From contig NC_087252.1 of NCBI RefSeq assembly GCF_037042905.1, positions 2,232,001-2,296,000 of the forward strand: 64,000 nt of DNA, given 5' to 3'. The position numbers were made by a program, and so were the translations under genes. The notes below the pieces were generated by a model, which had not been told where the DNA came from, did not search any database, and saw only the letters and a list, made by a program, of their open reading frames with translations. Within the stretch, counting starts at the first letter, position 1. Each line of letters begins with the position of its first letter. Shown one piece after another: positions 55,301-64,000 of this stretch. The DNA comes from Lytechinus pictus (Eukaryota).

Positions 55301-55743
55301 ATGTGTTACCGTGGGGAAAGGGGATAGGCGGTAGTCCCCTTTCCCCACGGTGACCGCGTAACATTTTTTTTTATTAGACTTCTTTTATAATTTGTGTCTA
55401 TTCTGTAATTGAAATCGGCTGAAGATTTATGAATGACATGGACGCCACCTCCTTATTTCAGATCTGAGGCTTGGAACAGACCGGATCATTTCTGATGAAA
55501 CACTGGAACATATTTTGTGGCACTTGAAAACTCCAGGAAAGATCCAACATTTTATTCATAAGCTGACCAATACCGACCAAGAATCAATACCTGAAGATTC
55601 AAATCTACCAGAGAGCATCAGGATTGCTCTGACTAGATTGGAGTTGTGGAAGAAGGGCCCCATCAATATACATCCGGTGATTCTATTAAGCGAAGCGCTG
55701 GAATCAGCAAAATGCTCTAACGTTGCCATGACCTTTTTTCAAG
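41574..55743 (+). CDS. Gene copy B, exons 1-11 (3' part outside the window): paralogous Ig-Ig-TM-multi-death-fold receptor
   Basis: Exons 41574-41640, 42437-42784, 43450-43863, 48689-48781, 49244-49297, 49835-50077, 50299-51189, 51986-52231, 52979-53254, 54455-54703, 55462-55743. Lengths match copy A except exon 7 (+399 nt = 7x57). Splice sites are intact and no stops were seen. Confidence 0.8.
42437..42784 (+). CDS. Copy B exon 2, V-set Ig domain
   Basis: Two aa differences from copy A exon 2. Confidence 0.9.
43450..43863 (+). CDS. Copy B exon 3, C1-like Ig domain plus stalk
   Basis: ITCSAFGFYP...YVC; same length as copy A exon 3. Confidence 0.85.
44543..48282 (+). mobile_element. CR1/L2-group (Crack-like) LINE lacking ORF1, in copy B intron 3
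   Basis: Absent in copy A; intact ORF2; 3' stem-loop, AATAAA, (ACTTGA) tail. Confidence 0.88.
44898..47843 (+). CDS. LINE ORF2 endonuclease-reverse transcriptase
   Basis: HLNARS, VTETW, GDFN, SDH; NYRPI, DLSKAFD, VPQGSVLGPLLF, FADD. Confidence 0.95.
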   Translation: MLVDTIVEEDVNIILRSCDYIDCEVFDQNKEGNFDLMHLNARSLCKNYDDLLHLLSCLKHDFSVIGVTETWFKDATDIRLFQIPGYSCVHKCRAGKNGGGTCLYVKDDLDFELREDLSGSKTGYEVVFVETTMHSKKVIIGCVYRAPNYDSMSFIEDFEHQLQVVSRENKEIYLMGDFNINLLNYDNDQCVKSFVDFMYSFGMFSLITKPTRVTENSATLIDTIFTNCIKNEFCSGVIYSDISDHMPIFCVRKNSLVTPIKKGEKDMKRLINDERISRFKHHLAEIDWQALPSVEGVNDFYEAFLQRFLGLYNFCFPLVKVATRKKCKKPWVTHSLLKSINRKHKLYSTYIKRPTAESKKKYIDYKNVLINVLRSAKKDYYNDLFNDVKGDIRKTWTHINELLGRSNRHSIPQEMNFNGILLSSAKDKAESFNKYFIGLPQKISTEIPHVPQSPRDYMKRCKDNASLFLNPATKAEIINIVSSLKPSKSSGSDDISPRIVKESIHIFVEPLCKIINMSLSQGVVPDKLKVAKVVPVYKKSDRKNVVNYRPIALLPIFSKILEKIIYKRLNEFLSKKNILIPQQCGFRRNFSTQMGVFNLLSNIIKAIDENKYCLGIFLDLSKAFDTIDHDILLKKLEHYGIRGVALSWFRSYLCDRTQFVMIDRSRSKHATINYGVPQGSVLGPLLFLIYINDIIHSSTLFSYSLFADDTSLMLSDKSVENLLLVANQEIKKLYSWFCCNKLLLNIKKTKCIIFRSKGKKLPGSITCLHIGGHDVEPSANILFLGLYIDEHLSWKNHLDAVCTKVSRSVGVIYRLKSILPEMILITIYNSIVLPYLTYCNVAWGNTFKSYLDKLRVLQKRAIRLITNSNYIHPSTPLFLRLKMLPLSELVSFNCALFMFKLQSMPQECTLKKLFLQNSQIHSYNTRQKDLIRQPFARTNVTLTSFHISCIKEWNNLPVDIKNSKTLFMIKRLSKTYFLDRL
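48689..48781 (+). CDS. Copy B exon 4, transmembrane
   Basis: VVPILLILAVATTGMVFLWW-RSRKR. Confidence 0.85.
49244..49297 (+). CDS. Copy B exon 5, micro-exon (GKRDVEEAELLMQKLKVQ)
   Basis: AG/GT boundaries, homologous to 10646-10699. Confidence 0.75.
49450..49600. mobile_element. Small CACT-terminated MITE (copy B only)
   Basis: CACTCTAAAAA...TTTTTAGAGTG with internal palindrome. Confidence 0.7.
49835..50077 (+). CDS. Copy B exon 6, death-fold-like unit 1
   Basis: Homologous to 11719-11961. Confidence 0.75.
50299..51189 (+). CDS. Copy B exon 7, death-fold-like unit 2 with 10x 19-aa repeat
   Basis: Homologous to 12183-12674 plus seven extra 57-bp units. Confidence 0.75.
50496..51065 (+). repeat. 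Coding 57-bp tandem repeat x10
   Basis: Ten APAKAISDTHDGQENKENT-like units. Confidence 0.92.
51986..52231 (+). CDS. Copy B exon 8, death-fold-like unit 3
   Basis: Homologous to 13497-13742. Confidence 0.75.
52979..53254 (+). CDS. Copy B exon 9, death-fold-like unit 4
   Basis: Homologous to 14464-14739. Confidence 0.7.
54455..54703 (+). CDS. Copy B exon 10, death-fold-like unit 5
   Basis: Homologous to 15954-16202. Confidence 0.75.
54893..55049. mobile_element. PIF/Harbinger-like MITE (copy B only)
   Basis: CTG|GGGGGCGTTTCAT...ATGAAACGCTCCC|CAG; empty site gacacCAGgtc at ~16385-16395. Confidence 0.75.
55462..55743 (+). CDS. Copy B exon 11, death-fold-like unit 6
   Basis: Protein identical to 16802-17083. 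Confidence 0.75.
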
Positions 55744-56500
55744 GTAATTATATGAAAGAACGAAGGTTCAGTCTTGTCCTTTTATTCAAGCATGCATAGA
55801 TGATATCAGATATCACATTTGCAAAAAACAAACAAACACAAAAAACGCCTACCGGAGGTGTGGTCCAGGAATATTATATATGAAAAAAAATATCAGAAAG
55901 TTAAATGAGCAACTAGACCAAAAGCTTCAGTCTCTGTATTTTGGTTGTTCCGCTGAACTGCGTTGGCTTCTCTCTCCAGTACATAGACTGAAGTATTGTT
56001 GGCTCATACGTAAAGACAACGTTTTAGCAGTAACGTTAGATCTGAAATTCGGCGGAAACCCGATTTTCGGATCGTTTTTTGTACATCGACATAAAATTTC
56101 ACATTAAAAAAATAAATTTCATCCAACCAAGAAAATATATAAAATTAAGAAATTTTTGTACCTTAGACCGCATTTACCGCAAATTCCTTTCAAATGCTGA
56201 TCAAAACATAATCAACCTCAGTGGCGGATCCAGGGGGTGGCGCAGGGGGCGCGCGCCCCCCTCTAATATTTGAGCGGCGCCGAAGGCGCCGCTCAAAAAA
56301 AAAAAAGTAAAGTAAAAGAAAGAAAAGGTGCTGCTTGAAAAAATTAAAATCAAGGAAAGAGAAGAAAAGAAAAGGCGCCGCTTAAAAAAATTATACACTG
56401 ATAAAATATTAGCAACAGTAAGGAAAGACTATTCCCCAGCAAAGCACAATCATATCATCTTCCTTATCTTTTCTTTTAACTACCCTTTTCCCAACAACTT

Positions 56501-57454
56501 CGCCGGTTAAAAATAATCAGCAGTGCGCTGCCTGCATATAACTGGCGCCAATCAAGAATAATCAGCGCCACCTTAATCTAAATCGGCGCCGGACAAGAAT
56601 AATCAGCGCCATTTGGTTACAAATCGGCGCCAGTCGAGAAAAATCGGCACTGTCAGAGTCTTAACCGGCGCCGATCAAGGATAATCTGCGCCACCTAAAT
56701 CTAAATCGGCACTAGATAAAAATAATCGGCGCCATCTGGTTATAAATCGGCGCCGGTACAGAAAAATCGACGCTGCCTGAGTTCTTAACCGGCGCCGATC
56801 AAGGATAATCAGCGCCACCTAAATCTAAATCGGGGCCGGACAAGAATAATCAGCGCCATCTGGTTATAAATCGCCGCTGCCAGAGTCTTAACCGGCGCCG
56901 ATCAAGAATAATCAGCTCCACCTAAATCTAAATCGGCGCCGGGCAAGAATAAACGGCGCCATCTGGTTATAAATCGGCGCCGGTAAAGAAAAATCGGCGC
57001 TGCCTGAGTTCGTAACCGGCGCCGAGCAAGGATAATCAGCGCCACCTATATCTAAATCGGTGCTGGTCAAGAATAATCAGCGCCATCTGGTTATAAATCG
57101 GCGCTGCCTGAGTCTTAACCGGTGCCGATCAAGAATAATCAGCTCCACCTAAATCTAAATCGGCGCCGGACAAGAATAATCAGCACCACCTGGTTAAAAA
57201 TCGGCTCCAGTCAAGAATAATTGGCGCCTCCTTGTTCTAAATCGGCGCCAGTCAATTATGAATTGCCGCTGCCTGAATCTTACGTGACGTCGGTAAAAAT
57301 AATCAGCACTACTTGTTCTAAATCGGCGCCGGTCAAGAATAATCAGCGTCCCCTGGTTCCAATAAATAGGCGCCGGTAGAATAATGAAGAAGGGCCTATT
57401 GCCAACCAAATCTAGATCGGCGCCGGTCAAGAATGATCAGCGGCACCTGGTTAT
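56501..57454. repeat. GGCGCC-rich minisatellite, copy B (~124 bp longer)
   Basis: Same units as 18290-19118; A-B coordinate offset rises from 38212 to 38336 across the array. Confidence 0.9.
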
Positions 57455-58878
57455 ACATTTTATTGTTGAATGGTCATAACAAAGCTTATCGCATGCACCT
57501 TACAGAGTGGACTCGGGCGGGGCAGTTGCCCAAAGAATGACAGATGTCATGAAATCTTTAATTTATTTTAAAAATCCCAGAATCATACACAAGCGTAGAG
57601 CAAATCCTTTAATTTTGATCTTATTTTCCAATGCTTTAATAAAAAGAAGGTCAGTCACTTTTCTTCTTTACACATTCCACATTGTGCCACCTCTATGGCC
57701 TTTAGTTTAAGACAGCTACTATAGTGTTTATGAAGATGATTCGATATTTTACCCCAAAACTTTGCTAAAACCCGTTGCTAGTACCGGGAGTGTATAATTA
57801 CGCAACCAGTCGTATATTGAGATTGAGCTACACAACTCGTTCTTTATTTAAAATCGTGCTTAAATTATCCGCTTCTCAGATTGGAATATACAAATTTTCA
57901 CCTCGCGCTTCGCGCTCGCATCATTTCTGTAGCAAAACCCCGTACTTTTCATGATTAAATAGGTGAATAGAATGTCCCTTTTTCAGGAATAAACGTCAAA
58001 AGAACTCCCGCTTCGATTTGCAATAATCTTTTGCTGGATATAATCTTGTTCTTTATTACAAACGTCCATTAAACTGTCATTTTGTTCAGATCGAAATATC
58101 AAAGTTTTAAGCTCGCGCTTCACGCTCGCATCTATTGTTTTTTTAGATACCCATCTTAATCATTGGTATACCAAAAATGCATAGAATATCAAGCTTTCTG
58201 GTCAGAATATAAAGAAATTTCAGCTCGCCCTCGGCACTCGCATTATCTGTGTAGTGAGATATGTATCCTCCTCATGAGTTACTACAAACAGTCCTAAACA
58301 GGCAACTTTTTCCTGTTTTCAGATCAGTATACTAAAAAATTTCAGCTCGCGCTTCGCGCTCGCATTAATTTGTTGGTGAGATATGTGTTTCTATCTCATG
58401 AGTCATATAAATATATATATATATATGCATATGTGTGTGTGTGTTTGTGTGAGTTTGTTTGTTTTGTGTGATATCGAGCGCCCTTGGAAAGTTGATTCAT
58501 GATTTTGCCCCCCAAATCTTAAAAAAAGGATCGACGCCCCTATGTATATATATATATACATATAGTAAAAAAAAACTTGTATCTCTATTAATATACAAAA
58601 GTATTGGCCTCATCGCAATAAAAGGGTTATTACACGAGATTTTGAAATCGCACATAACATGCATAATTTGTGTTATTTTTTGCTTGTTTCTTTCTTTAAT
58701 AAGTCTTTCAATCTCTCTCTATATATGTTTTAGAAAGATTATATGTTTAAATTCATGTATATTTCTGTTATAATGAGATATGTTTAAGTGGACTTCAGGG
58801 AATGGTCGTACGCAGCAAGGGGGAGGGGGGGGGGGCACATTCGCGATCTGCTGTTGTGAAAATATTTTTTTTCCCTTA

Positions 58879-59135
58879 TGTGACGAGATAATAATACACG
58901 TTTAAGTCTGGAGGACAGACTAAAAAAAGGATAACGCTATGTGAACAACGGACTTGTGAATCTGAATCGTCATGTGTACATTTTGTAAATAAACTGTTTT
59001 TAAACGATTTGACACGGCGTGGCTTGTTTGCTAATTCAGGAGTGTCTGGATGGAGAACAAGATTCAGGAGGTTTACGTTGGTGTTTGTCCAGGACAGGTA
59101 ACAATAAGAGCTTGTATGGATCAGCAAACGTAACA
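58879..59135 (+). repeat. 5' LTR (257 bp)
   Basis: TGTGACG...CGTAACA termini, AATAAA at 58988, followed directly by the PBS. Confidence 0.8.
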
Positions 59136-59220
59136 GTGGGGGCTTGTCCGTGAATCAATCCTCTGCCTAACAGTGGGGGCTTGTCCGTGAATCAATCCTC
59201 CGCGTAACAGTGGGGGCTTG
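59131..59220 (+). promoter_or_regulatory. Primer-binding site (tRNA-Pro type TGGGGGCT(T)GTCCG), present in three tandem copies
   Basis: 37-bp unit at 59131 and 59168, partial unit at 59205. Confidence 0.8.
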
Positions 59221-59869
59221 GTGAGAGTCGACCCAGAACTCTCGGCGTAAGTTGTATCGGAGTACCGTATAACGTATAATGCTAGCGCCGGCAAAGTCGC
59301 ATGAACGTATTATCGAAGAGTGTGCAATCGTATTCAACGTGAAGATTGTCATTAGACATTTGCATGGGTGTGTGTACACGTAGATGTAATGCCAGTGTGT
59401 GTGGATATCGCTGTCAGTGTTGTGTATGACGCTGTGTGGTGGCGCACAAGGTTGAGTATGGCGTGCCGTTTGTCCCTTAAGCAATTCCGTGTATTTCAGT
59501 GTGTCTCGCTGTGCGATGTGTTTTGTTCACGTAGTGTTGAATGAACTTTGGGTTGATGATATTTCAACTGGTTAACCATTTTTTTAAGGGTTGCTGTGTC
59601 GGTTGATGGAAACTGACAGTGTCGACTGGAGTCAAGTTGACAGTGTGGTTGGAAAAATTTTCAACTGGGGTGACCGAGTCAGGTTACCGTTTCTGTAGGT
59701 TGAGGTCATATCTACAGGGTCAGCCAGGTCAGGTTGACATTTTCTTATGTGGTTGATATAATTTTCAACTGTGATAACCGTATTGGTTATTGTCTTGGCT
59801 AAGAATTAAAGGTTTCTTTAGCTGTTTCTAGTCTTTTCAGCGTTGAAGATTAGGGGTCTTTTGTTGACC

Positions 59870-62800
59870 ATGGCGGAATTTTCTTTGGACGATTTCGTTG
59901 ATTCTCCCAGTGTTGAGAAGTTGCTGGTTCTGAAGAAGGTTCATCTCTTGGAGATTGCTCACCATTACCAGGTTGCTGAGGTAAGGACTACTTGGCGTAA
60001 ATTAGAAATTCTGAAAGCTGTAATTCAGTGGTTAGTGGAAGAGGAAGATGTCCTTCCACTTGAAGCTTTATCTAAGGTTCCGATTGAGTCTGTGAATGTG
60101 GACTTGACAGAGAAATTGCGTTTGAAAGAGCTGGAACTAGAGATAGCGAAAGTTGCGCTTGAACGAGAACAAGTAGTTTTGAGAAGGGAGCATGAGAATG
60201 CTAGAGAAAGAGAAGAAATTAGGCAAGTAAAGTCTGATTTTGATGTTGCGAAACATGTTCGAATGGTTCCCGTTTTTCAGGAGGGGGAGGAGATAGAGAA
60301 ATATTTCCTTCACTTTGAAAAGGTAGCTGTTAGTTTGAGTTGGCCGCAAGAAAAATGGTCACACTTGTTACAATCTCAGTTGAAGGGTAAAGCTCGAGAT
60401 GCTTATTCAGCTTTGTCAGTTGATGATGCGGGTCGTTATGACGTTGTAAAAGCGGCAGTGTTGCGTGCTTATGAGCTTGTACCGGAAGCGTACCGTCAAC
60501 AATTTCGGAAAACACGCAAAGATGAGACCGAAACTCATCTTGAGTTTGCTAGGTGCAAACAACAGTTGTTTGATAGATGGAGTTCGTCACTCCATGCAGA
60601 TAGCTTTGATAAGCTTAGAGAAATAATTCTTCTCGAAGAGTTTAAGCGTAGTGTGCATTTCGATGTTAGGTTGCATCTTGAAGAGCAGCAAATAGGAACG
60701 CTTAATGAAGCAGCGAAGCTTGCAGATGATTATGCGCTAACGCACAAAATCACAAACAAAAAATCAGATGAGACAAACAAATCTGGAAAGTGGAAAAACA
60801 AAAACAAAAATGGTGCTTCAGCACACAACAAGAAAGAAGTAAAATCACAATCTAAAGATGACGAGCAAGAAAAGAAATGCTATGCATGTCACAAGGTTGG
60901 TCATTTTAAAGCAAAGTGTCCTACACTTAAAGGAAAAACAAGTGAATCAAGTAATGCACATCCAAATGCATTTGTGAAAAATTTGCAAAGTTCAGAGAGT
61001 AGGATTGAGCCAGTTAACTTAGAGAAAGTGAAAAAGCAATATGAACCGTTTGTTTCTGTAGGATATGTTTCCCTAGCTGGTAGTGTCGAAGCAAGAAAAG
61101 TGAAAGTGTTGCGTGATACTGGTGCTTCTCAGTCTTTGATCTTGGAGAGTGTGTTGCCTTTTGGTGAGAAATCTTGTGTTGGAGCTAGTGTTTTGCTCCA
61201 AGGAATAGGAGATGGCTTTGTAAAAGCACCCCTTCATGTGGTAGACTTGAAATCAGACCTTGTTTCTGGTAGTGTGAAAATGGCTGTGAGACCATCACTT
61301 CCGGTGGCAGATGTTTCCATCATTTTAGGGAATGATCTTGCTGGTGATAAAGTTGTGCCATGTCCAGTTGTGAGTGCTATTCCGTGTGAGAGTAGTAAAA
61401 CAGAGCAGTTGGTTGCAGAATTTCCTACTGTGTTTCCGTCTTGTGCTGTAACTCGTTCGATGGCAAAGAAAGTAGAGTCTGAATCGAAGTCTAGTGAGCT
61501 AGATGAGGTTAACTTGGGAGATTCTTTCTTTTGTCGTTTGGTTGATGATGAATGTGAATCAAATGTGAATGAGGGTGCAGGAGAAACTCAAAGTACAGAA
61601 GAGAAAAGTAAATGTGAACCAATGCCGATAAGTAAGAGTAAGTTGTTGGAGGAGCAACAAAAAGATCCTCAGTTAGTATCCATGTTTGAGAGAGCGATCT
61701 CTGAAGAGGAGGCATTGACCGTGCCTGTTTGTTATTATATGAAGTCAGGTGTTTTGATGAGAAAGTGGAGGCCGATAGATGTTCCTGCTGATGAAGTTTG
61801 GAAAGAGGTCCACCAGATTGTAGTTCCTTCTACTTATAGGCCGGAAATACTTAGTCTTGCTCATGAAGCACCACTTGCAGGTCACTTGGGAGTCTATAAG
61901 ACTCGGGAAAAAATCCTTTCTCATTTCTTTTGGCCGGGTTTACAAAAGGATGTTGCAAACCATTGCAGAAGTTGTCATGTATGTCAGGTAGTAGGTAAAC
62001 CGAATCAGAAAATACCAGTCGCGCCATTAAAACCAGTGCCAGCGTTCGATGAACCGTTTGCAAGAATTATCATAGATTGCGTAGGTCCGCTTCCGAGGAC
62101 AAAAGCGGGTAATGAATTCCTGTTTACCATTATGTGCGCAAGTACCAGGTATGTCGAAGCGATTCCACTTAGACGCATCACCGCAAACAATGTGAGCAAG
62201 GCGCTGATCAAGTTTTTCACGACTGTAGGATTACCGCGTACCGTTCAGTCTGATCAAGGATCAAACTTTATGTCGAAAGTCTTTAAGCAAGTGCTAGGGC
62301 AGTTAGGGATTGAACATGTAGTTTCTAGTGCATACCATCCTGAATCGCAAGGAGCACTTGAGAGATGTCATCAGACACTCAAGAACATGCTCAAAACATA
62401 TTGTTTGGAGACAGAGAAACAATGGGATGAGGGAATTCCATTGTTGCTATTTGCTTTGAGAGAATCTGTTCAAGAATCTCTTGGTTTCAGCCCATTTCAG
62501 CTCGTGTATGGACATGAAGTCCGTGGACCCCTCAGGTTGTTGAGTGAAAGGTTGTTGTCAGATGAGGAAGATGTGAATATGTTAGACTACGTATCGTCTT
62601 TCCGTGAGAGATTGCATCGTGCTTGTGAAGTTGCTAGGAAGAATTTGTCTGATTCTCAGGAGAAAATGAAGTCTTGGTATGACAAGAAGTCCAAGGAAAG
62701 GAATTTCAAGGCAGGTGATGAAGTTTTGGTTTTGTTACCAGTAGTTGGTAATGCTTTGCAGGCTAGATTTTCTGGACCGTATACCATTCTGAAGAAAGTT

Positions 62801-64000
62801 GGTGATGTTGACTATGTCGTCAAAACTCCAGATAGACGAAAGAAAAAGCGTGTATGTCATGTGAATATGATAAAAGCCTATGTTCGAAGAGATGATGAAA
62901 AGAGAGCACAACCAGTGTTGAGTGCTGTAGAATCTGAGCTGAATGATGAAAGTGAAGAGATGTGTAAAATTGAGAGAGATGAACCATGTGTGAAATTGAA
63001 AAATTCAGAAGTTCTAACACACATCAATGACAAACTAACCCACTTGTCTGAGAAGGAGAGGAGGGATGTGAAGGAGCTGTTGAATGAGTATCCGCAGTTA
63101 TTTGCAGATATTCCATCTCGTACTGATGTTGTTGAACATGATGTTTGTGTGGGAGATACCACCCCAATCAAGCAGGCACCTTATCGTGTTAACCCAGTAA
63201 AGATGAAGAATCTTGAAAAAGAAATAGAGTACATGCTGCAGAATGGCATCATTGAGCCAAGTAGCAGCGCATGGTCGTCACCATGCATCTTAGTTCCGAA
63301 ACCGGATAAGTCGTATCGTTTCTGTACCGACTACAGAAAAGTCAATTCGAGTACAAAGACCGATTCTTTCCCCATACCGCGCGTAGATGACTGTATTGAC
63401 CGTATAGGCAAGGCGAAGTATGTGAGCAAATTCGATATGCTTAAAGGCTATTGGCAGATTCCGTTGACTAAGAGAGCGCAAGAAATATCCGCATTTGCTA
63501 CACCTCAAGGCCTATTCCATTACACTGTGATGCCATTCGGTATGAAAAACGCGCCGGCTACATTCCAAAGACTTGTGAATAGTCTTGTCTCTGGTCTTGA
63601 AGGCTGTGAAGCTTACATAGATGACTTGATTGTGTATAGTGAAGATTGGGAAGTTCATGTACAAAGAATCAGAGATTTGTTCAGGAGATTGTCTGATGCC
63701 AAATTGACAGTCAACTTGGCAAAGAGTGAGTTTGGAGGTGCTACTGTTAGTTTCTTGGGTCACGTTGTTGGTTCAGGTCATGTTCGACCACTCTCAGCGA
63801 AGGTAGAAGCTATTCAGGCGTTCCCGACTCCAACCAACCGGAAGGAACTGATGAGGTTTCTTGGCATGGCAGGCTACTACAGACGATTCTGCCATAACTT
63901 CTCTGATGTCGTCGCCCCGCTGACCAATCTACTACGCAAGGAGGTGAAGCTCATCTGGTCCAGTGACTGTCAGAGTGCTTTTGACAAAGTGAAAGCACTC
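59870..64000 (+). CDS. Gag-pol polyprotein: SCAN-like capsid, CCHC, protease, integrase, RT (3' incomplete)
   Basis: Single frame from ATG 59870: YELVPEAYRQQFR, CYACHKVGHFKAKC (60878), LRDTGAS (61115), HHCC plus DCVGP/SDQG/GALE integrase (~61860-62530), GPY motif, YIDD (63614). It is missing from the ORF track, consistent with no stop before the window end. Confidence 0.93.
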   Translation, partial: MAEFSLDDFVDSPSVEKLLVLKKVHLLEIAHHYQVAEVRTTWRKLEILKAVIQWLVEEEDVLPLEALSKVPIESVNVDLTEKLRLKELELEIAKVALEREQVVLRREHENAREREEIRQVKSDFDVAKHVRMVPVFQEGEEIEKYFLHFEKVAVSLSWPQEKWSHLLQSQLKGKARDAYSALSVDDAGRYDVVKAAVLRAYELVPEAYRQQFRKTRKDETETHLEFARCKQQLFDRWSSSLHADSFDKLREIILLEEFKRSVHFDVRLHLEEQQIGTLNEAAKLADDYALTHKITNKKSDETNKSGKWKNKNKNGASAHNKKEVKSQSKDDEQEKKCYACHKVGHFKAKCPTLKGKTSESSNAHPNAFVKNLQSSESRIEPVNLEKVKKQYEPFVSVGYVSLAGSVEARKVKVLRDTGASQSLILESVLPFGEKSCVGASVLLQGIGDGFVKAPLHVVDLKSDLVSGSVKMAVRPSLPVADVSIILGNDLAGDKVVPCPVVSAIPCESSKTEQLVAEFPTVFPSCAVTRSMAKKVESESKSSELDEVNLGDSFFCRLVDDECESNVNEGAGETQSTEEKSKCEPMPISKSKLLEEQQKDPQLVSMFERAISEEEALTVPVCYYMKSGVLMRKWRPIDVPADEVWKEVHQIVVPSTYRPEILSLAHEAPLAGHLGVYKTREKILSHFFWPGLQKDVANHCRSCHVCQVVGKPNQKIPVAPLKPVPAFDEPFARIIIDCVGPLPRTKAGNEFLFTIMCASTRYVEAIPLRRITANNVSKALIKFFTTVGLPRTVQSDQGSNFMSKVFKQVLGQLGIEHVVSSAYHPESQGALERCHQTLKNMLKTYCLETEKQWDEGIPLLLFALRESVQESLGFSPFQLVYGHEVRGPLRLLSERLLSDEEDVNMLDYVSSFRERLHRACEVARKNLSDSQEKMKSWYDKKSKERNFKAGDEVLVLLPVVGNALQARFSGPYTILKKVGDVDYVVKTPDRRKKKRVCHVNMIKAYVRRDDEKRAQPVLSAVESELNDESEEMCKIERDEPCVKLKNSEVLTHINDKLTHLSEKERRDVKELLNEYPQLFADIPSRTDVVEHDVCVGDTTPIKQAPYRVNPVKMKNLEKEIEYMLQNGIIEPSSSAWSSPCILVPKPDKSYRFCTDYRKVNSSTKTDSFPIPRVDDCIDRIGKAKYVSKFDMLKGYWQIPLTKRAQEISAFATPQGLFHYTVMPFGMKNAPATFQRLVNSLVSGLEGCEAYIDDLIVYSEDWEVHVQRIRDLFRRLSDAKLTVNLAKSEFGGATVSFLGHVVGSGHVRPLSAKVEAIQAFPTPTNRKELMRFLGMAGYYRRFCHNFSDVVAPLTNLLRKEVKLIWSSDCQSAFDKVKAL

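Larger units (their letters stand above)
58879..64000 (+). mobile_element. Gmr1-like Ty3/gypsy LTR retrotransposon (runs past the window end) in copy B intron 11
   Basis: Homology to copy A breaks at cctta|TG; 5' LTR, tRNA-Pro PBS, long gag-pol ORF. Confidence 0.92.

Overview
AT-rich animal genomic DNA. The SINE/MITE/LINE repertoire suggests an echinoderm, probably a sea urchin (inference). The window holds two tandem, same-strand (+) copies of a multi-exon gene that the ORF track shows only as fragments. Splicing the exons by hand at GT/AG sites gives copy A (4699-34830, 18 exons, 4503 nt, about 1500 aa). It encodes a type-I membrane protein: signal peptide, V-set Ig, C1-like Ig, TM, a dileucine micro-exon, then about 12 tandem cytoplasmic death-fold-like domains, mostly one per exon. 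All introns are phase 1. The first six death-fold units form an alternating (alpha-beta)x3 array. The second unit contains a 19-aa tandem repeat present 3x in copy A and 10x in copy B. Copy B (41574 onward) is visible for exons 1-11; its 3' part lies beyond the window. Introns carry copy-specific mobile elements: a full-length I-group (Nimb-like) LINE with RNase H (copy A intron 11), a CR1/L2-group LINE ORF2 (copy B intron 3), and a Gmr1-like LTR retrotransposon with a triplicated tRNA-Pro PBS (copy B intron 11). MITEs, tRNA-derived SINEs, a GGCGCC-rich satellite and a ~570-bp inverted repeat are also present. Domain calls come from motif recognition by eye, not HMM searches. One 136-N assembly gap lies in copy A intron 15.
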